Shown piece by piece: positions 50,241-61,100 of a DNA stretch of 64,000 bases. Source of the stretch: an uncultured Planctomycetales bacterium. GTDB lineage: Bacteria; Omnitrophota; Gorgyraeia; Zapsychrales; JAHFFX01. A program made the translations under genes and the position numbers. The stretch lies in the NCBI GenBank assembly GCA_964372915.1, contig CAYJRN010000002.1, positions 65,409-129,408 of the forward strand, in the 5' to 3' direction. Position 1 is the first letter of the stretch. Each line of letters opens with the position of its first letter. The notes beneath the pieces were generated by a model. It saw only the letters and a program-made list of their open reading frames with translations, ran no database searches and was not told the DNA's origin.

Positions 50241-51061
50241 AAAAGACAATTCACTGGAAACCCTCAGGCAAATTCACCGATATCAAATACGAGAAAGGGG
50301 AAGGGATCGCGAAGATCACGATCAATCGCCCTCAAGTTCGTAACGCGTTTCGGCCGCTCACCGTGAGCGAAATGTCGCAGGCGCTTTCGGAGGCTCGGGA
50401 TGATGAAAAGATCGGCGTGATTATTTTGACGGGTGAAGGTAAGCTCGCGTTTTGTTCCGGGGGGGATCAGAAAATCCGCGGCGACGCCGGTTACAAAGAT
50501 TTGAAAGGTGTCAATCGTTTGAATGTTCTGGATTTTCAACGGCAGATGCGAACGTGCCCCAAGCCTATCATCGCCATGGTCGCGGGTTATGCCATTGGCG
50601 GCGGACACATCCTGCATCTTTTGTGCGATCTGACGATCGCGGCGGACAATGCGATCTTCGGACAAACCGGACCGAAGGTTGGATCCTTCGATGGTGGTTA
50701 TGGCGCCAGTTACATGGCAAGAATTGTGGGACAGAAGAAAGCGCGCGAGATCTGGTTTCTCTGCCGTCAATACAACGCTAAGCAGGCACTTGAAATGGGA
50801 CTCGTGAATACGGTCGTTCCCTATGAGCGATTGGAAGAAGAGACTGTTCAGTGGTGCCGTGAAATCCTCGCCAATTCTCCCATGGCCATTCGCTGCCTCA
50901 AAGCCGCTTTAAATGCCGATTGCGACGGGCAGGCTGGGCTTCAAGAACTCGCCGGCAATGCCACGATGCTGTTTTATATGACGGAAGAAGGGCAAGAAGG
51001 TCGAAACGCTTTTATTGAAAAACGAAAACCGAACTTTTCAAAATTTCCGAGAAGGCCGTAA
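50237..51061 (+). CDS. menB: 1,4-dihydroxy-2-naphthoyl-CoA synthase
   Basis: Crotonase fold. Signature residues FCSGGDQK and GYAIGGGH. Confidence 0.85.
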   Translation: MKKTIHWKPSGKFTDIKYEKGEGIAKITINRPQVRNAFRPLTVSEMSQALSEARDDEKIGVIILTGEGKLAFCSGGDQKIRGDAGYKDLKGVNRLNVLDFQRQMRTCPKPIIAMVAGYAIGGGHILHLLCDLTIAADNAIFGQTGPKVGSFDGGYGASYMARIVGQKKAREIWFLCRQYNAKQALEMGLVNTVVPYERLEEETVQWCREILANSPMAIRCLKAALNADCDGQAGLQELAGNATMLFYMTEEGQEGRNAFIEKRKPNFSKFPRRP

Positions 51062-51309
51062 ATTTAATTTCCTTGCTGGGCAACTCTCCGATCTATGAAG
51101 GAAGATATTGCATCAGGAAAAATATCACCTGACACTAGAATCATTATGGATTATTGAATTTCGTACAAAGACTCTTCAACGCTGGCGTGTAAAACTGTAT
51201 TGACAAACGGCCTCGGATCAATTATTTTCTGTTCGTTGACCGCGGAATCTCCCTAATAAAATTCTTTCCCTTAGCGCTTCTACCCACAATAAAACTCCCG
51301 TTTTCCATG

Positions 51310-51325
51310 CCATACTAAAGTATGG
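51310..51325. promoter_or_regulatory. Perfect 7-bp-arm palindrome ccatact-aa-agtatgg upstream of brnT (candidate toxin-antitoxin operator)
   Basis: Seen directly in the sequence, about 10-45 nt upstream of the candidate brnT starts. Confidence 0.35.
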
Positions 51326-51334
51326 TTAAAAGTA

Positions 51335-51661
51335 TTGCTTTATCGAGAAAGGAGGGGTATATTAACGGATGAAAGGAAACACGGGTTTGTTTGGGATGCG
51401 GGCAAGGAAGCGATCAACATTGAGAAGCACGGAGTTGATTTTGTCACCGCTACGAAAGCATTCAAAGATCCTCATTTAAGAATATTCGTTGATGCCAATC
51501 ATAGTCATCAAGAAGAACGGTTCTTTTGTTTCACGAAAGTTAAAGAGCGGGTCATTACGGTCCGGTTTAGTTACCGGGAGGGAAAGATCAGGATCATCGG
51601 CGTAGGTTTCTGGAGGAAAGGAGCGAAATATTATGATCAAAAAAAATACGAAAATAACTAA
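51335..51661 (+). CDS. brnT: BrnT family ribonuclease toxin (DUF497), with the start region disrupted by an apparent 1-nt frameshift
   Basis: The BrnT-frame protein reads GFVWDAGKEAINIEKHGVDFVTATKAFKDP....EERFFCFTKV..RVITVRFSYREGKIRIIGVGFWRKG. The strong SD GAAAGGAGGGG precedes ATG 51369, which is out of frame by 1 nt. Restoring one A in ggaaaCac yields the canonical MKGKHGFVWD start. Confidence 0.6.
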   Translation: MLYRERRGILTDERKHGFVWDAGKEAINIEKHGVDFVTATKAFKDPHLRIFVDANHSHQEERFFCFTKVKERVITVRFSYREGKIRIIGVGFWRKGAKYYDQKKYENN

Positions 51662-51875
51662 ATATGACGAGGATATGCCCATCGGTAAGCTTACCGAGGT
51701 TCCCAATTTTCTACCGCCGCCGGAGAAGCTGGTATTTCCTGAAGATACTGTTAAAGTGACGCTTTCTCTTACTAAATCGAGCATCGACTTCTTTAAACGA
51801 GAAGCTCATAAACACCACACCAAATATCAGAAAATGATCCGGGAAGTGGTGGACCGCTACGCTAGAAAGTTTTAA
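51633..51875 (+). CDS. brnA: BrnA antitoxin (CopG/RHH-like, partner of BrnT)
   Basis: 80 aa with C-terminal pattern (VTLSLTKSSIDFFKREAHKHHTKYQKMIREVV). Overlaps the brnT 3' end. Confidence 0.65.
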   Translation: MIKKNTKITKYDEDMPIGKLTEVPNFLPPPEKLVFPEDTVKVTLSLTKSSIDFFKREAHKHHTKYQKMIREVVDRYARKF

Positions 51876-51878
51876 CTC

Positions 51879-52757
51879 ATGAACAATCTCCAAGTCTGGT
51901 TAATGGCCGTTCGCTCCAAGACGTTACCCGCCGCGATCGCGCCGGTCCTCATGGGAACGGCGATGGCCTACGAAGATGGATCAGTGCATTGGTCTTCGGC
52001 TTTTTTATGCATGACGGCGGCTATTTTTATTCAGATTGGAACCAATCTTGCCAATGATTATTTTGATTGTCTGAAGGGGGTCGATGCGGCGGACCGCATC
52101 GGCCCCACTCGCGTCACGCAAGCCGGGCTCATCAAGCCCGAAATCGTGCTCGCGGGATTTGTGATTTCCTTCCTGATCGCGGCCATTGCGAGCGTGTTTC
52201 TAATCGCGCGCGGCGGCTGGCCATTGGCGCTCATCGGCGTGTTTTCTATCCTTTCAGGGATCTTCTACACCGCCGGACCTTATCCTCTGGGATATCTAGG
52301 ACTGGGAGAAATATTTGTTCTGATCTTTTTCGGCCCGGTGGCGGTTGCCGGAACCTATTACGTGCAGACCCTTGAAATCCATCCACCCATCATCGTGGCG
52401 GGCTTGGGACCCGGACTTTTGTCGGCGGCCATTCTTGTGGTCAATAATTTAAGGGATATTGACGGGGACCGCCGCGCCGGCAAAAAAACGCTCGCCGTCC
52501 GATTCGGCCGTTCGTTCGCGATGTCGGAATATTTAGGCTGTGTGCTTCTGGCGGGCCTGATTCCGGTGGCCGTGTTTCTTATGACCAGCGACTATGTTTA
52601 TTCTCTTTTGGCGGCGCTTACGATGTTTGTCGCCATTCCCACCATCAAAACCGTTTTGACCAGAACCGAAGGGACAGCCCTCAATGGGGCTCTGGCCGCG
52701 ACCGGGAAGTTACTCCTCCTTTATAGTGTTCTTTTCTCCATCGGGTGGATGTTGTGA
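51879..52757 (+). CDS. menA: 1,4-dihydroxy-2-naphthoate octaprenyltransferase
   Basis: UbiA-family motifs (NDYFD, NNLRDIDGDRRAGKKTLAV). Eight TM helices. Confidence 0.8.
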   Translation: MNNLQVWLMAVRSKTLPAAIAPVLMGTAMAYEDGSVHWSSAFLCMTAAIFIQIGTNLANDYFDCLKGVDAADRIGPTRVTQAGLIKPEIVLAGFVISFLIAAIASVFLIARGGWPLALIGVFSILSGIFYTAGPYPLGYLGLGEIFVLIFFGPVAVAGTYYVQTLEIHPPIIVAGLGPGLLSAAILVVNNLRDIDGDRRAGKKTLAVRFGRSFAMSEYLGCVLLAGLIPVAVFLMTSDYVYSLLAALTMFVAIPTIKTVLTRTEGTALNGALAATGKLLLLYSVLFSIGWML

Positions 52758-53851
52758 AGATCATCGCGTTTGATGTCTTCCGGTATTCGCTGCCGCTTGC
52801 GCTGCCTCTGATGTTTCAAGGAAAATCTTTGGCCCAGCGGGAAGGTCTCATTGTGCAACTGACCGGAGAGACCCACGCGATCGGCTTCGGCGAGATCGCG
52901 CCCTTGCCGGGCTTCAGCCAAGAACGCCTGCAGGAAGCGCAGAAGCAAACGCTCGAGCTTCGGGAAAATCTTTTGAACCGCCGGATCCCGGCGCGGGTCG
53001 AGGAATTGACCTGGCATTTTGAAACCTGGTTAAGGCCGTTTCGGTTGTTCCCCTCGGTGCGTTGCGGACTGGAAACGGCAGTCCTCAATCTCCTGGCCGA
53101 TTCCAGAGAAGTGACGCTCTGTGAGATTTTGGACGGCCGTCCAAAATCCACAGTCCCGATGAGCGCTCTTTTGCAGGGAACTCAAAAACAAATGACCAGA
53201 GAAGTGAAGCAATGCCTGCAGAAAGGAATCCATTCCTACAAGCTCAAGGTGGGAGCCAGCGATGTTTACTCCGACATCGAGAGGATCGCGATCGTGCGAA
53301 GCCTTATTCCTCAAAGCGCGGCTTTAAGGATCGATGCCAATCAAACCTGGGATTATGCCCAGGCTTCCAGTTTCGCGAAGGCGTTGACCAGAGAATACGT
53401 TGAATATATAGAGGAACCGACCAAGGACAATCTGATGCTCGGGGAATTCTTCAAGGTCACCCACTTACCTGTCGCGCTCGATGAATCCTTGAGGGAATTG
53501 CCGCTTACGGCGATCAAGGAATTGAAGGGAGTGAAGGCCTTTGTTTTGAAGCCGATGATGCTCGGCGGTTTTGAGAAAGTATTTGAGTGGGTAAGGTTGG
53601 CAAAGGAGTTGGGCATTGAGGCCGTCATTAGTTCTTCCTTTGAGAGCGGTGTTGGCGTGCGCGCTTTGGCCCATTTGGCGTCCGCCGCAGCGCCCGCCGT
53701 ACCCGCCGGGCTTGACACTTTGAAATGGTTCGAACGCGACCTTTATAAAAAAGAACTCAAAGTCCAAGAGGGAAGCATCGATTGGGAATCAATGTTGATC
53801 GAGAAGAATTCCATCGATTTCGGATGTTTGGAGCCGGTGAAGAAAGGATGA
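52745..53851 (+). CDS. menC: o-succinylbenzoate synthase (enolase superfamily)
   Basis: GTG start overlapping menA. MR/MLE-type fold with the KxK region (YKLKVG) and metal ligands (D..N...D). Position in the operon. Confidence 0.7.
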   Translation: MDVVKIIAFDVFRYSLPLALPLMFQGKSLAQREGLIVQLTGETHAIGFGEIAPLPGFSQERLQEAQKQTLELRENLLNRRIPARVEELTWHFETWLRPFRLFPSVRCGLETAVLNLLADSREVTLCEILDGRPKSTVPMSALLQGTQKQMTREVKQCLQKGIHSYKLKVGASDVYSDIERIAIVRSLIPQSAALRIDANQTWDYAQASSFAKALTREYVEYIEEPTKDNLMLGEFFKVTHLPVALDESLRELPLTAIKELKGVKAFVLKPMMLGGFEKVFEWVRLAKELGIEAVISSSFESGVGVRALAHLASAAAPAVPAGLDTLKWFERDLYKKELKVQEGSIDWESMLIEKNSIDFGCLEPVKKG

Positions 53852-55320
53852 ATTCGTCGTTCATGGATAAAATTATCTGTCCACTTTCACAAAGCGCTCA
53901 AAAGTACGCGAATGAGCCCGCGGTGATCGTGGGCGCGCGCGCGATTTCCTTTCGGCAGCTCGATCTGTGCGTCAGCTCGACGATCAAACAGCTCAAGAAA
54001 CTGGGTTTGAAAAAAGGACAGAGGGCCGCGCTCGTGGACAAGAATAGTCTCGAGTCCATCGTGGTGCTTTTGTCGTTGGGACGGATGGGAGTGGTGAGTG
54101 TTCTTGTGAGCCCTCGTCTTCCGGAAGATACGATCAGTACTCTCATCGTTAAGATGAACGTCCCCATCGTGTTCACTTCCCTTAAAAATCTTTTAATGAC
54201 CAAAAAGATTTCTACGCGCCGGTTTCGTCCGGAAGAGGTGATCAATTTCGATATCCGCAATACGATGGCCGGTGAAGAAGTATGGATACCGTTCGAACAA
54301 CCTTTAACGATTATGTTCACCTCCGGCACAACCACGACCCCCAAAGCCGTTTACCATTCTTTCGGCAATCATTATTTCAATGCCTTGGGTTCGAATGAGA
54401 ATATTGCCGTTGGCCCCGGCGACCGGTGGCTTTTGAGTCTGCCGCTGTATCACGTTGGCGGATTGGGGATTTTGTTTCGGACGATTCAAGGCGGCGGGGC
54501 GGCCGTCATTCCAACAGAAGACGACGAACTGGAGGAAGTCATCGCCAAACAAAAAATCAGCCAGGTTTCGCTGGTCACAACGCAACTTTACCGGCTGTTG
54601 AAGGAAGGCAGCGCCGAAAGCCTATCTGGATTGAAAGCCATTTTGCTCGGCGGCGGACCAATCCCAAAAGCTTTGATTGAACAATCCCGCGAGAAAAATC
54701 TTCCTGTTTATATCACCTACGGCCTTACGGAAATGTCATCGCAAGTCGCGACGTGTGCGGCTCCCTTAAATAAAATCGCGGGGGAGCCGCACACGAAAGT
54801 TTTGAATTACCGCCAAGTCAAAATTTCTGCGCAAGGAGAAATTCTCGTCAAAGGCGAGACTTTGTTTAAAGGTTACATCGAAGGGGAAAAATTGAAGCTG
54901 CCCGTTGATGCGGAAGGTTGGTTCGCAACCGGAGACTTAGGAACGCTCAATTCCACCGGAGAATTGAAAGTCATCGGCAGGAAAGACAACATGTTCATCT
55001 CGGGCGGCGAAAATATTCATCCGGAAGAGATCGAAGGCTTTTTAAAAAGTCTTAATCTTTTGGAAGAAGCTCTGGTTCTTGGACAACCCAGCAAAGAATT
55101 TGGATTTCGACCGGTCGCGTTTCTTAAAATAAAGAGTTCTGCCACAGTTGAAGCCCAAATTCTCAACAAAGAACTCGCAAAATCCTTTCCTAAATTCAAA
55201 ATCCCTATCCATTATTATTCCTGGCCCAAGGATTTAGAGAGCCAAGGCATTAAGGTCAGCCGAAAAGTTCTTGCGGATCTTCTTCAAAATTCCCCATCGG
55301 GACTCAAAGCAATCTCATAA
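53848..55320 (+). CDS. menE: o-succinylbenzoate--CoA ligase
   Basis: Adenylate-forming enzyme motifs (TSGTTTTPKAV, YGLTE, GDLG...G.L...GRKDN). ATGA overlap with menC. Confidence 0.75.
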   Translation: MNSSFMDKIICPLSQSAQKYANEPAVIVGARAISFRQLDLCVSSTIKQLKKLGLKKGQRAALVDKNSLESIVVLLSLGRMGVVSVLVSPRLPEDTISTLIVKMNVPIVFTSLKNLLMTKKISTRRFRPEEVINFDIRNTMAGEEVWIPFEQPLTIMFTSGTTTTPKAVYHSFGNHYFNALGSNENIAVGPGDRWLLSLPLYHVGGLGILFRTIQGGGAAVIPTEDDELEEVIAKQKISQVSLVTTQLYRLLKEGSAESLSGLKAILLGGGPIPKALIEQSREKNLPVYITYGLTEMSSQVATCAAPLNKIAGEPHTKVLNYRQVKISAQGEILVKGETLFKGYIEGEKLKLPVDAEGWFATGDLGTLNSTGELKVIGRKDNMFISGGENIHPEEIEGFLKSLNLLEEALVLGQPSKEFGFRPVAFLKIKSSATVEAQILNKELAKSFPKFKIPIHYYSWPKDLESQGIKVSRKVLADLLQNSPSGLKAIS

Positions 55321-55705
55321 GCGCCTGACGCATTTTGGGAGGAAGAGGGATTTTCTTGCCCGTCTTTTTGTCAACGGTCACGTGCACTGTTTGAGCGGTT
55401 CCCACCAACCCCTTTTTAGAATTTTTAAGCTCGTAGGCAAAGCTGAAGGATGTGGTTCCAATTTGAAGAACGCTCACGCTAATGGTGATGCGGTCTCCGA
55501 CGAACAGCGGCGACTTGTAATCGGATTCGGCGTGCACGATGGGGAGAAAAAAATTCGCCTTTTTGACCAGATAGGCAAAACTGAAACCGATTTTTTCAAG
55601 AAGGGCCTCGTAGGCATCGTGGATCATGGAAAACTGGTGGCTAAAAAATAAAAGTCCTGCGGCATCGGTCTCACGAAGTTTGATCGTGTGCTTATAGTGG
55701 AACAT
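55304..55705 (-). CDS. Hotdog-fold acyl-CoA thioesterase (4HBT family), candidate DHNA-CoA thioesterase
   Basis: 133 aa 4HBT-like (TVHVTVDKKTGKKIPLP). Convergent with and adjacent to the men operon. Confidence 0.6.
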   Translation of the reverse strand: MFHYKHTIKLRETDAAGLLFFSHQFSMIHDAYEALLEKIGFSFAYLVKKANFFLPIVHAESDYKSPLFVGDRITISVSVLQIGTTSFSFAYELKNSKKGLVGTAQTVHVTVDKKTGKKIPLPPKMRQALMRLL

Positions 55706-55886
55706 GTTTGGCTCCTTTATATAAGAGAAGAAATAATAAAGTCTTTATAAATGCTGGTTGGATTATAACACAGCCTTCAAAGCGGTTCTTTCTTATTGAC
55801 AAAATTATTAAAAATTGTAATATAGGGCATCGTGTCGAATCGAACCATCACAACAATTTCTACAACATCATTTCAATGGAGGAGAC

Positions 55887-56546
55887 ATGAATTATAAGGC
55901 TTTGATCGCGGAGTTTATCGGAACGTTAACCTTGATCTTTGTGGGAGTGGGCGCTATTGCCGGAAATTTCCTCAATGGCGGCGCGACCGGACTCACAGGC
56001 GTCGCGCTCGCGCATGGCCTTGCCATTGCCGTCATGGTTTCCGCGACTGCCGCCGTGAGCGGTGGACACCTTAACCCTGCCGTGACCGCTGGATTATTTG
56101 TCGCCAAGAAAATCAATCTCCAGAACGCCCTCGGATATATTGCGGCCCAATGTCTCGGGGGTATCGCAGGAGCGTTCCTTATTACTTTGGTTGTTCCATT
56201 AGCAGTCCTCAAAACCGTCGGTATGGGAACTCCATCACTGGCCGCCGGCATTACACCCGGAGCCGGGTTTCTTACGGAACTCATTCTCACCTTTTTTCTT
56301 GTCTTTGTCGTCTATGGCACGGCCGTGGATGCCCGAGCCCCCAAGTGCGGCGGGCTTTTTATCGGCCTCACCGTGACTTTGGATATTTTGATCGGCGGCC
56401 CCATAACCGGAGCGGCGATGAACCCGGCCAGATATTTGGGGCCGGCGCTTTTAGGCGGAGGATTGCAGAACTTTTGGCTGTACTGGATCGGGCCGATCCT
56501 CGGTGGAATTCTGGGAGCGGTTGTTTATCAAAAAGCCGTGGAATAA
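55887..56546 (+). CDS. aqpZ: Aquaporin (MIP family)
   Basis: Two NPA motifs (GHLNPAVT and NPARYLGP). Six TM helices. Confidence 0.8.
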   Translation: MNYKALIAEFIGTLTLIFVGVGAIAGNFLNGGATGLTGVALAHGLAIAVMVSATAAVSGGHLNPAVTAGLFVAKKINLQNALGYIAAQCLGGIAGAFLITLVVPLAVLKTVGMGTPSLAAGITPGAGFLTELILTFFLVFVVYGTAVDARAPKCGGLFIGLTVTLDILIGGPITGAAMNPARYLGPALLGGGLQNFWLYWIGPILGGILGAVVYQKAVE

Positions 56547-56588
56547 TTTTAAACGTCGATAATAAAAAATTGTTGAAAGGAGTTCTTT

Positions 56589-57104
56589 ATGGGGGATCGC
56601 AAAGGAGCAGTAACGATGAAAGGCAATCCTTTGACCTTATCTGGCAACGAGGTAAAGGTCGGGCAAGACGCGCCGGATTGCACGGTGGTGGCCAATGATC
56701 TTTCCGAGGTCAAACTCTCTTCTTACAAAGGAAAGAAGGTTATCCTCTTAACCGTCCCTTCGCTCGATACCGGGATTTGCGACACCGAAACCAAACGTTT
56801 CAATCAAGAGGCCGCCAAGCTCGGAGATAATGTGAAGGTCCTCGCCGTCAGCATGGATCTTCCGTTCGCGCAAAAGAGATGGTGCGCGGCCGCCAGGGCT
56901 CAAAATGTTCAGACCTTATCCGATTACAAAAATACCGAAGTCGGAACCAATTTTGGCGTCCTCATCAAGGAATTAAAATTGCTGGCTCGTTCGATTTTTG
57001 TTTTAGACAGCAAAGGGAAAATTCAATACACACAATTGGTCAAAGAAGTCACAACGGAACCCGATTACAACGCCGTCTTAGACGCCGTTAAGAAAGTGTC
57101 TTAA
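56589..57104 (+). CDS. tpx: Thiol peroxidase (atypical 2-Cys peroxiredoxin)
   Basis: Motif PSLDTGICDTE and resolving Cys in RWCAAA. RBS AAAGGAG upstream. Confidence 0.8.
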   Translation: MGDRKGAVTMKGNPLTLSGNEVKVGQDAPDCTVVANDLSEVKLSSYKGKKVILLTVPSLDTGICDTETKRFNQEAAKLGDNVKVLAVSMDLPFAQKRWCAAARAQNVQTLSDYKNTEVGTNFGVLIKELKLLARSIFVLDSKGKIQYTQLVKEVTTEPDYNAVLDAVKKVS

Positions 57105-57218
57105 GCCCCACGCCCAGGATCAAAACTTGGTTCCTGGGCGTGGAGTAAATTCCGTGCGCACTTTTTCCTAAAATATATTTTAGATGAAAAGTGCTACGTC
57201 ATTTAGGAGGAGAAAAAA

Positions 57219-57842
57219 ATGGCTTTCACATTACCGAAATTACCGTACGCGTACGACGCGCTCGAACCGCACATCGATGCGAAAACAATGGAAATTCATC
57301 ACACCAAACATCACCAGGCTTATGTTGATAACGTCAATAACGCCATCAAGGGAAAAGCGGATTTGGAAAATAAATCCGTTGAGCAGTTGATCTCTAAGAT
57401 TTCGGCTGTCCCGGAAGATATCCGCGGAGCCGTCAGAAATAACGGCGGTGGACATGCGAATCATTCGCTCTTTTGGAATGTTTTGGGAGCGAAGGCCGGG
57501 GGAGAGCCCAAAGGCGAGCTCGCCGAGGCGATCAAAAAAGACTTCGGTTCGTTTACCGCGTTCAAAGAAAAATTTGAGGCTGCCGCCAAAACCCGTTTCG
57601 GCAGTGGCTGGGCTTGGTTAGTGGTCAGTAACGGAAAGTTGGCCGTCGGTTCAACTCCCAATCAAGACAATCCCTTAATGGATGTTTCGGATCTTAAAGG
57701 AACCCCGATTCTGGGATTGGACGTTTGGGAGCACGCGTACTATCTCAAATATCAAAACCGCCGGCCGGAATATGTTGCGGCGTTCTGGAACGTTGTGAAT
57801 TGGAATGCGGTTGAGAATAATTTTAAGTCCGCGCAAAAATAA
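57219..57842 (+). CDS. Superoxide dismutase (Fe/Mn family)
   Basis: [28 protein letters not shown] with metal ligands H, H, D (DVWEHAYY). RBS AGGAGG. Confidence 0.85.
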   Translation: MAFTLPKLPYAYDALEPHIDAKTMEIHHTKHHQAYVDNVNNAIKGKADLENKSVEQLISKISAVPEDIRGAVRNNGGGHANHSLFWNVLGAKAGGEPKGELAEAIKKDFGSFTAFKEKFEAAAKTRFGSGWAWLVVSNGKLAVGSTPNQDNPLMDVSDLKGTPILGLDVWEHAYYLKYQNRRPEYVAAFWNVVNWNAVENNFKSAQK

Positions 57843-57864
57843 CCCAAAAAAATCATCAAAGCGC

Positions 57865-57933
57865 TTGACATCATTCTGTAATATAATATACTACATCTTG
57901 TAGTTAAAAATTTAAGGCTTCAATATATAGTGG
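57865..57933 (+). promoter_or_regulatory. Candidate nrdAB promoter (TTGACA - 16 nt - TATACT) with two NrdR-box-like palindromes
   Basis: Box 1 is actacatcttgtagt (57890-57904). Box 2 is ttcaatatatagtgg (about 57919-57933). Centre-to-centre spacing is about 29-30 bp. Box 1 overlaps the -10. Confidence 0.4.
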
Positions 57934-57935
57934 CA

Positions 57936-57965
57936 GAGGAAGCTTCTTTATTCCTCGCCTTTTTT
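57936..57965 (+). terminator. Weak intrinsic-terminator-like hairpin (gaggaa-gcttcttta-ttcctc + TTTTTT) in the nrdA leader
   Basis: 6-bp stem followed by a T-run, about 170 nt upstream of the nrdA ATG and downstream of the candidate promoter. A possible attenuator. Confidence 0.3.
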
Positions 57966-58137
57966 ACTGACGGACATTTAACTTCTTAAGTCGGTTTCTG
58001 CAATGCGCGACATCATCATACAGCCCTCTGATTCCCTAAAGGGCAGCACTGACCACCTCAAACACCCTCAAACTTTTTGTAAAACTCATTTCCTCGCCCC
58101 AGTTTAGGGCGGACTAATTTTGGGAGGATGGCCCCGC

Positions 58138-61100
58138 ATGTCTCACGAAACGATGATCTCTTCGAACATGAAAGTCAAAAAAAGAAGTGGGCAGATCGTC
58201 ACTTTCAACCCTTCTCGTATTGCCAATGCCATTGCCAATGCCTTTAAAGAATTTCACCGGCTCCCGCGGGAAGTGGACCTGACCCCCGAAAATCTCCAGT
58301 CCGCGGAGAAGGTCACGCGCTGCGTTTTGTCCGTTCTTAAAGAACGTTCCCTCAATAAAGAATATTTGTCCGTGGAAGAAATTCAGGATGAAGTCATCCG
58401 CCAACTCTATGAGAACGCCTTCAAAGAAGTGGGAGAGCGTTACGCCAGTTACCGCCGTCATCATGCCGCGCGTCGAGCCCTTTTTGAATTGTATACCACC
58501 ACCAAACGCGACGGAAAAGCCGTTTCTTTTAAACCCGAAAAGATCACGCTCGCCATCGCCAAGGCTTTTCAGGCGAGCAACAATGACGAGCTCAACGAAA
58601 TTCTCATTGAAAAAGCCAGAGAACTTTCCGACAAAGTCGTCGCTGAAATCAAAAAACTTTGGCCGGAAGGAAAGTCCGTCAACATCGAAGAGATCCAGGA
58701 CATTGTTGAGCGAACGCTGATGTCCTCGGGTTATCATGACGTGGCCCGTCGGTATATCATCTACCGCGAAGAGCGCGCCAAAATCCGCCAAACCGAAAGC
58801 CGTCTGGAAGAAGTTTCCGTGGCCTGGGCCAAAAATCTCGTCATCAAAACCGATGCCGGCGAAGAACGACCCATTGATCTCGATAGTCTGCGCTTTCAGA
58901 TTGAAACCTGCTGCAAAGGACTGGCGGATGTCTCGGCGGAAAAAATCCTGCACGAATCTTTGAAAAATTATTACAACGGTATCACGGAGACCAAAATGGC
59001 CGCCTCTAACATCATGGCCGCCCGTTCCTTTATTGAGCGCGAGCCGAATTACAGTTTTGTCGCCGCGCGGCTTTTGTTGCTCATGGAATACCGCGAAGCC
59101 TTGGGACATGAAATCAATTTTGAACAGATGCAGGAAGAATACGCCGCCTATTTCTCCCAATACATCAAAAGAGCCGTTCAACTGGATCTTCTTAGTTTAG
59201 AGCTTTTGGGATTTGATCTTGAATTCTTAGGAAAACAGCTGGATACGACCAGGGATTTTCTTTTCCGTTACATGGGACTGCAAACGCTCTATGACCGCTA
59301 CTTCATCCATTGGGAGGAGCGGCGGATGGAATTGCCGCAAATCTTTTGGATGCGGGTAGCCATGGGGCTGGCCCAAAACGAAGGGGAAGAAAAGAATAGA
59401 AGGGCGGTGAAATTTTACAATATCCTCTCCACCTTTAGATTCATCTCGTCGACCCCGACGTTGTTCAACTCCGGCACGCGGCATTCCCAATTATCTTCCT
59501 GTTTTTTGACGACGGTCATGGACGACCTTTTTCACATTTTTAAATGTATTCAGGACGATGCCATGCTCTCCAAGTGGAGCGGAGGCCTCGGCAATGACTG
59601 GACCAACGTCCGCTCGATGGGCTCGCGCATCAAAGGCACCAACGGCCGCAGCCAGGGTGTGATTCCGTTTTTAAAAGTGGCCAACGATACCGCCTTGGCC
59701 GTCAATCAGGGCGGCAAACGACAGGGGGCCATGTGCGCGTACCTGGAAGTTTGGCATCTGGATATCGAAGAATTTCTTGAATTGCGCAAAAATACCGGTG
59801 ATGACCGCCGCCGCACCCATGACATGCACACCGCCAATTGGATCCCGGATCTTTTCATGAAACGGGTCAAAACCAACGGCAACTGGACGCTCTTTAGCCC
59901 CAGCGAAACGCCCGACCTTCACAGTCTTTTCGGTCAAGCCTTTGAAAAACGCTATGCAGAGTATGAGGCCCTGGCCCAACAGGGAAAAATCAAAATTTTT
60001 AAAACCGTCGCGGCGCTTCAACTGTGGAGAAAGATGCTCAGCATGCTTTTTGAGACGGGGCATCCATGGATTACTTTTAAGGATCCTTCCAATATTCGTT
60101 CGCCGCAGGATCACGTGGGGGTTGTTCATAGCTCCAATCTGTGCACGGAAATTCTCCTGAATACCTCCAAGGAGGAAACTGCCGTTTGCAATTTAGGTTC
60201 CATTAACTTATCCGTGCACACCACGATCGACGGTATCAACCGCGAGCTCCTCAAGGAAACGATCGCAACCGCCATTCGGATGCTCGACAATGTCATCGAT
60301 ACCAATTATTATCCGACGGTAGAATCACAAAAATCTAACGCGCGGCACCGTCCTGTCGGGCTTGGCATTATGGGATTCCAGGACGCGCTGTATCACCGGA
60401 ACATCAGTTACGCCTCGCAGGAGGCGGTTCGGTTCGCCGATGAAAGCATGGAGGCCGTTTCGTATTACGCGATCCTGGGCTCCATTAAACTTGCCGAGGA
60501 GCGCGGAAGCTATCCCACCTACACAGGCTCTAAATGGGATCGGGGATTTTTGCCGCTCGATACTTTGGATCTTTTGGAAAAAGAAAGAGGGGGATATTTA
60601 TCTGTTGATCGCTCCTCCACGATGGATTGGACCCCGCTGCGGCAAGAACTTAAAAAGCACGGGCTTCGTAACAGCCTCATCATGGCCATTGCGCCGACGG
60701 CTACCATTGCGAATATCGTTGGGGTTACGGCCTCCATCGAACCAGTGTATAAAAATGTTTTCGTCAAGAGCAACTTGTCCGGTGAATTTACCGTCGTTAA
60801 CGAATACCTCGTGGAAGATTTGAAAAAATTGGGGCTCTGGGACCAAGACATGATCAACGATCTCAAATATTTTGATGGAAGCGTGCAGGAAATTTCCAGG
60901 ATTCCCGAAAACCTCAAAGCCAAGTACGCGACGGCCTTCGAGGTGGATTATGAATGGATTATTGAGGCCGCCAGCCGCCGCCAGAAATGGATCGACATGG
61001 GCCAGTCACTCAATCTGTATCAGGCCAAACCCAGCGGCAAGAAAGTGAGCGATATGTACATGCTGGCCTGGGAACGGGGTTTGAAGACGACCTATTATCT

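Noticed and set aside
58114-59181. 355-aa minus-strand ORF inside nrdA
   Set aside because: Antisense to the conserved RNR alpha subunit. Spurious.
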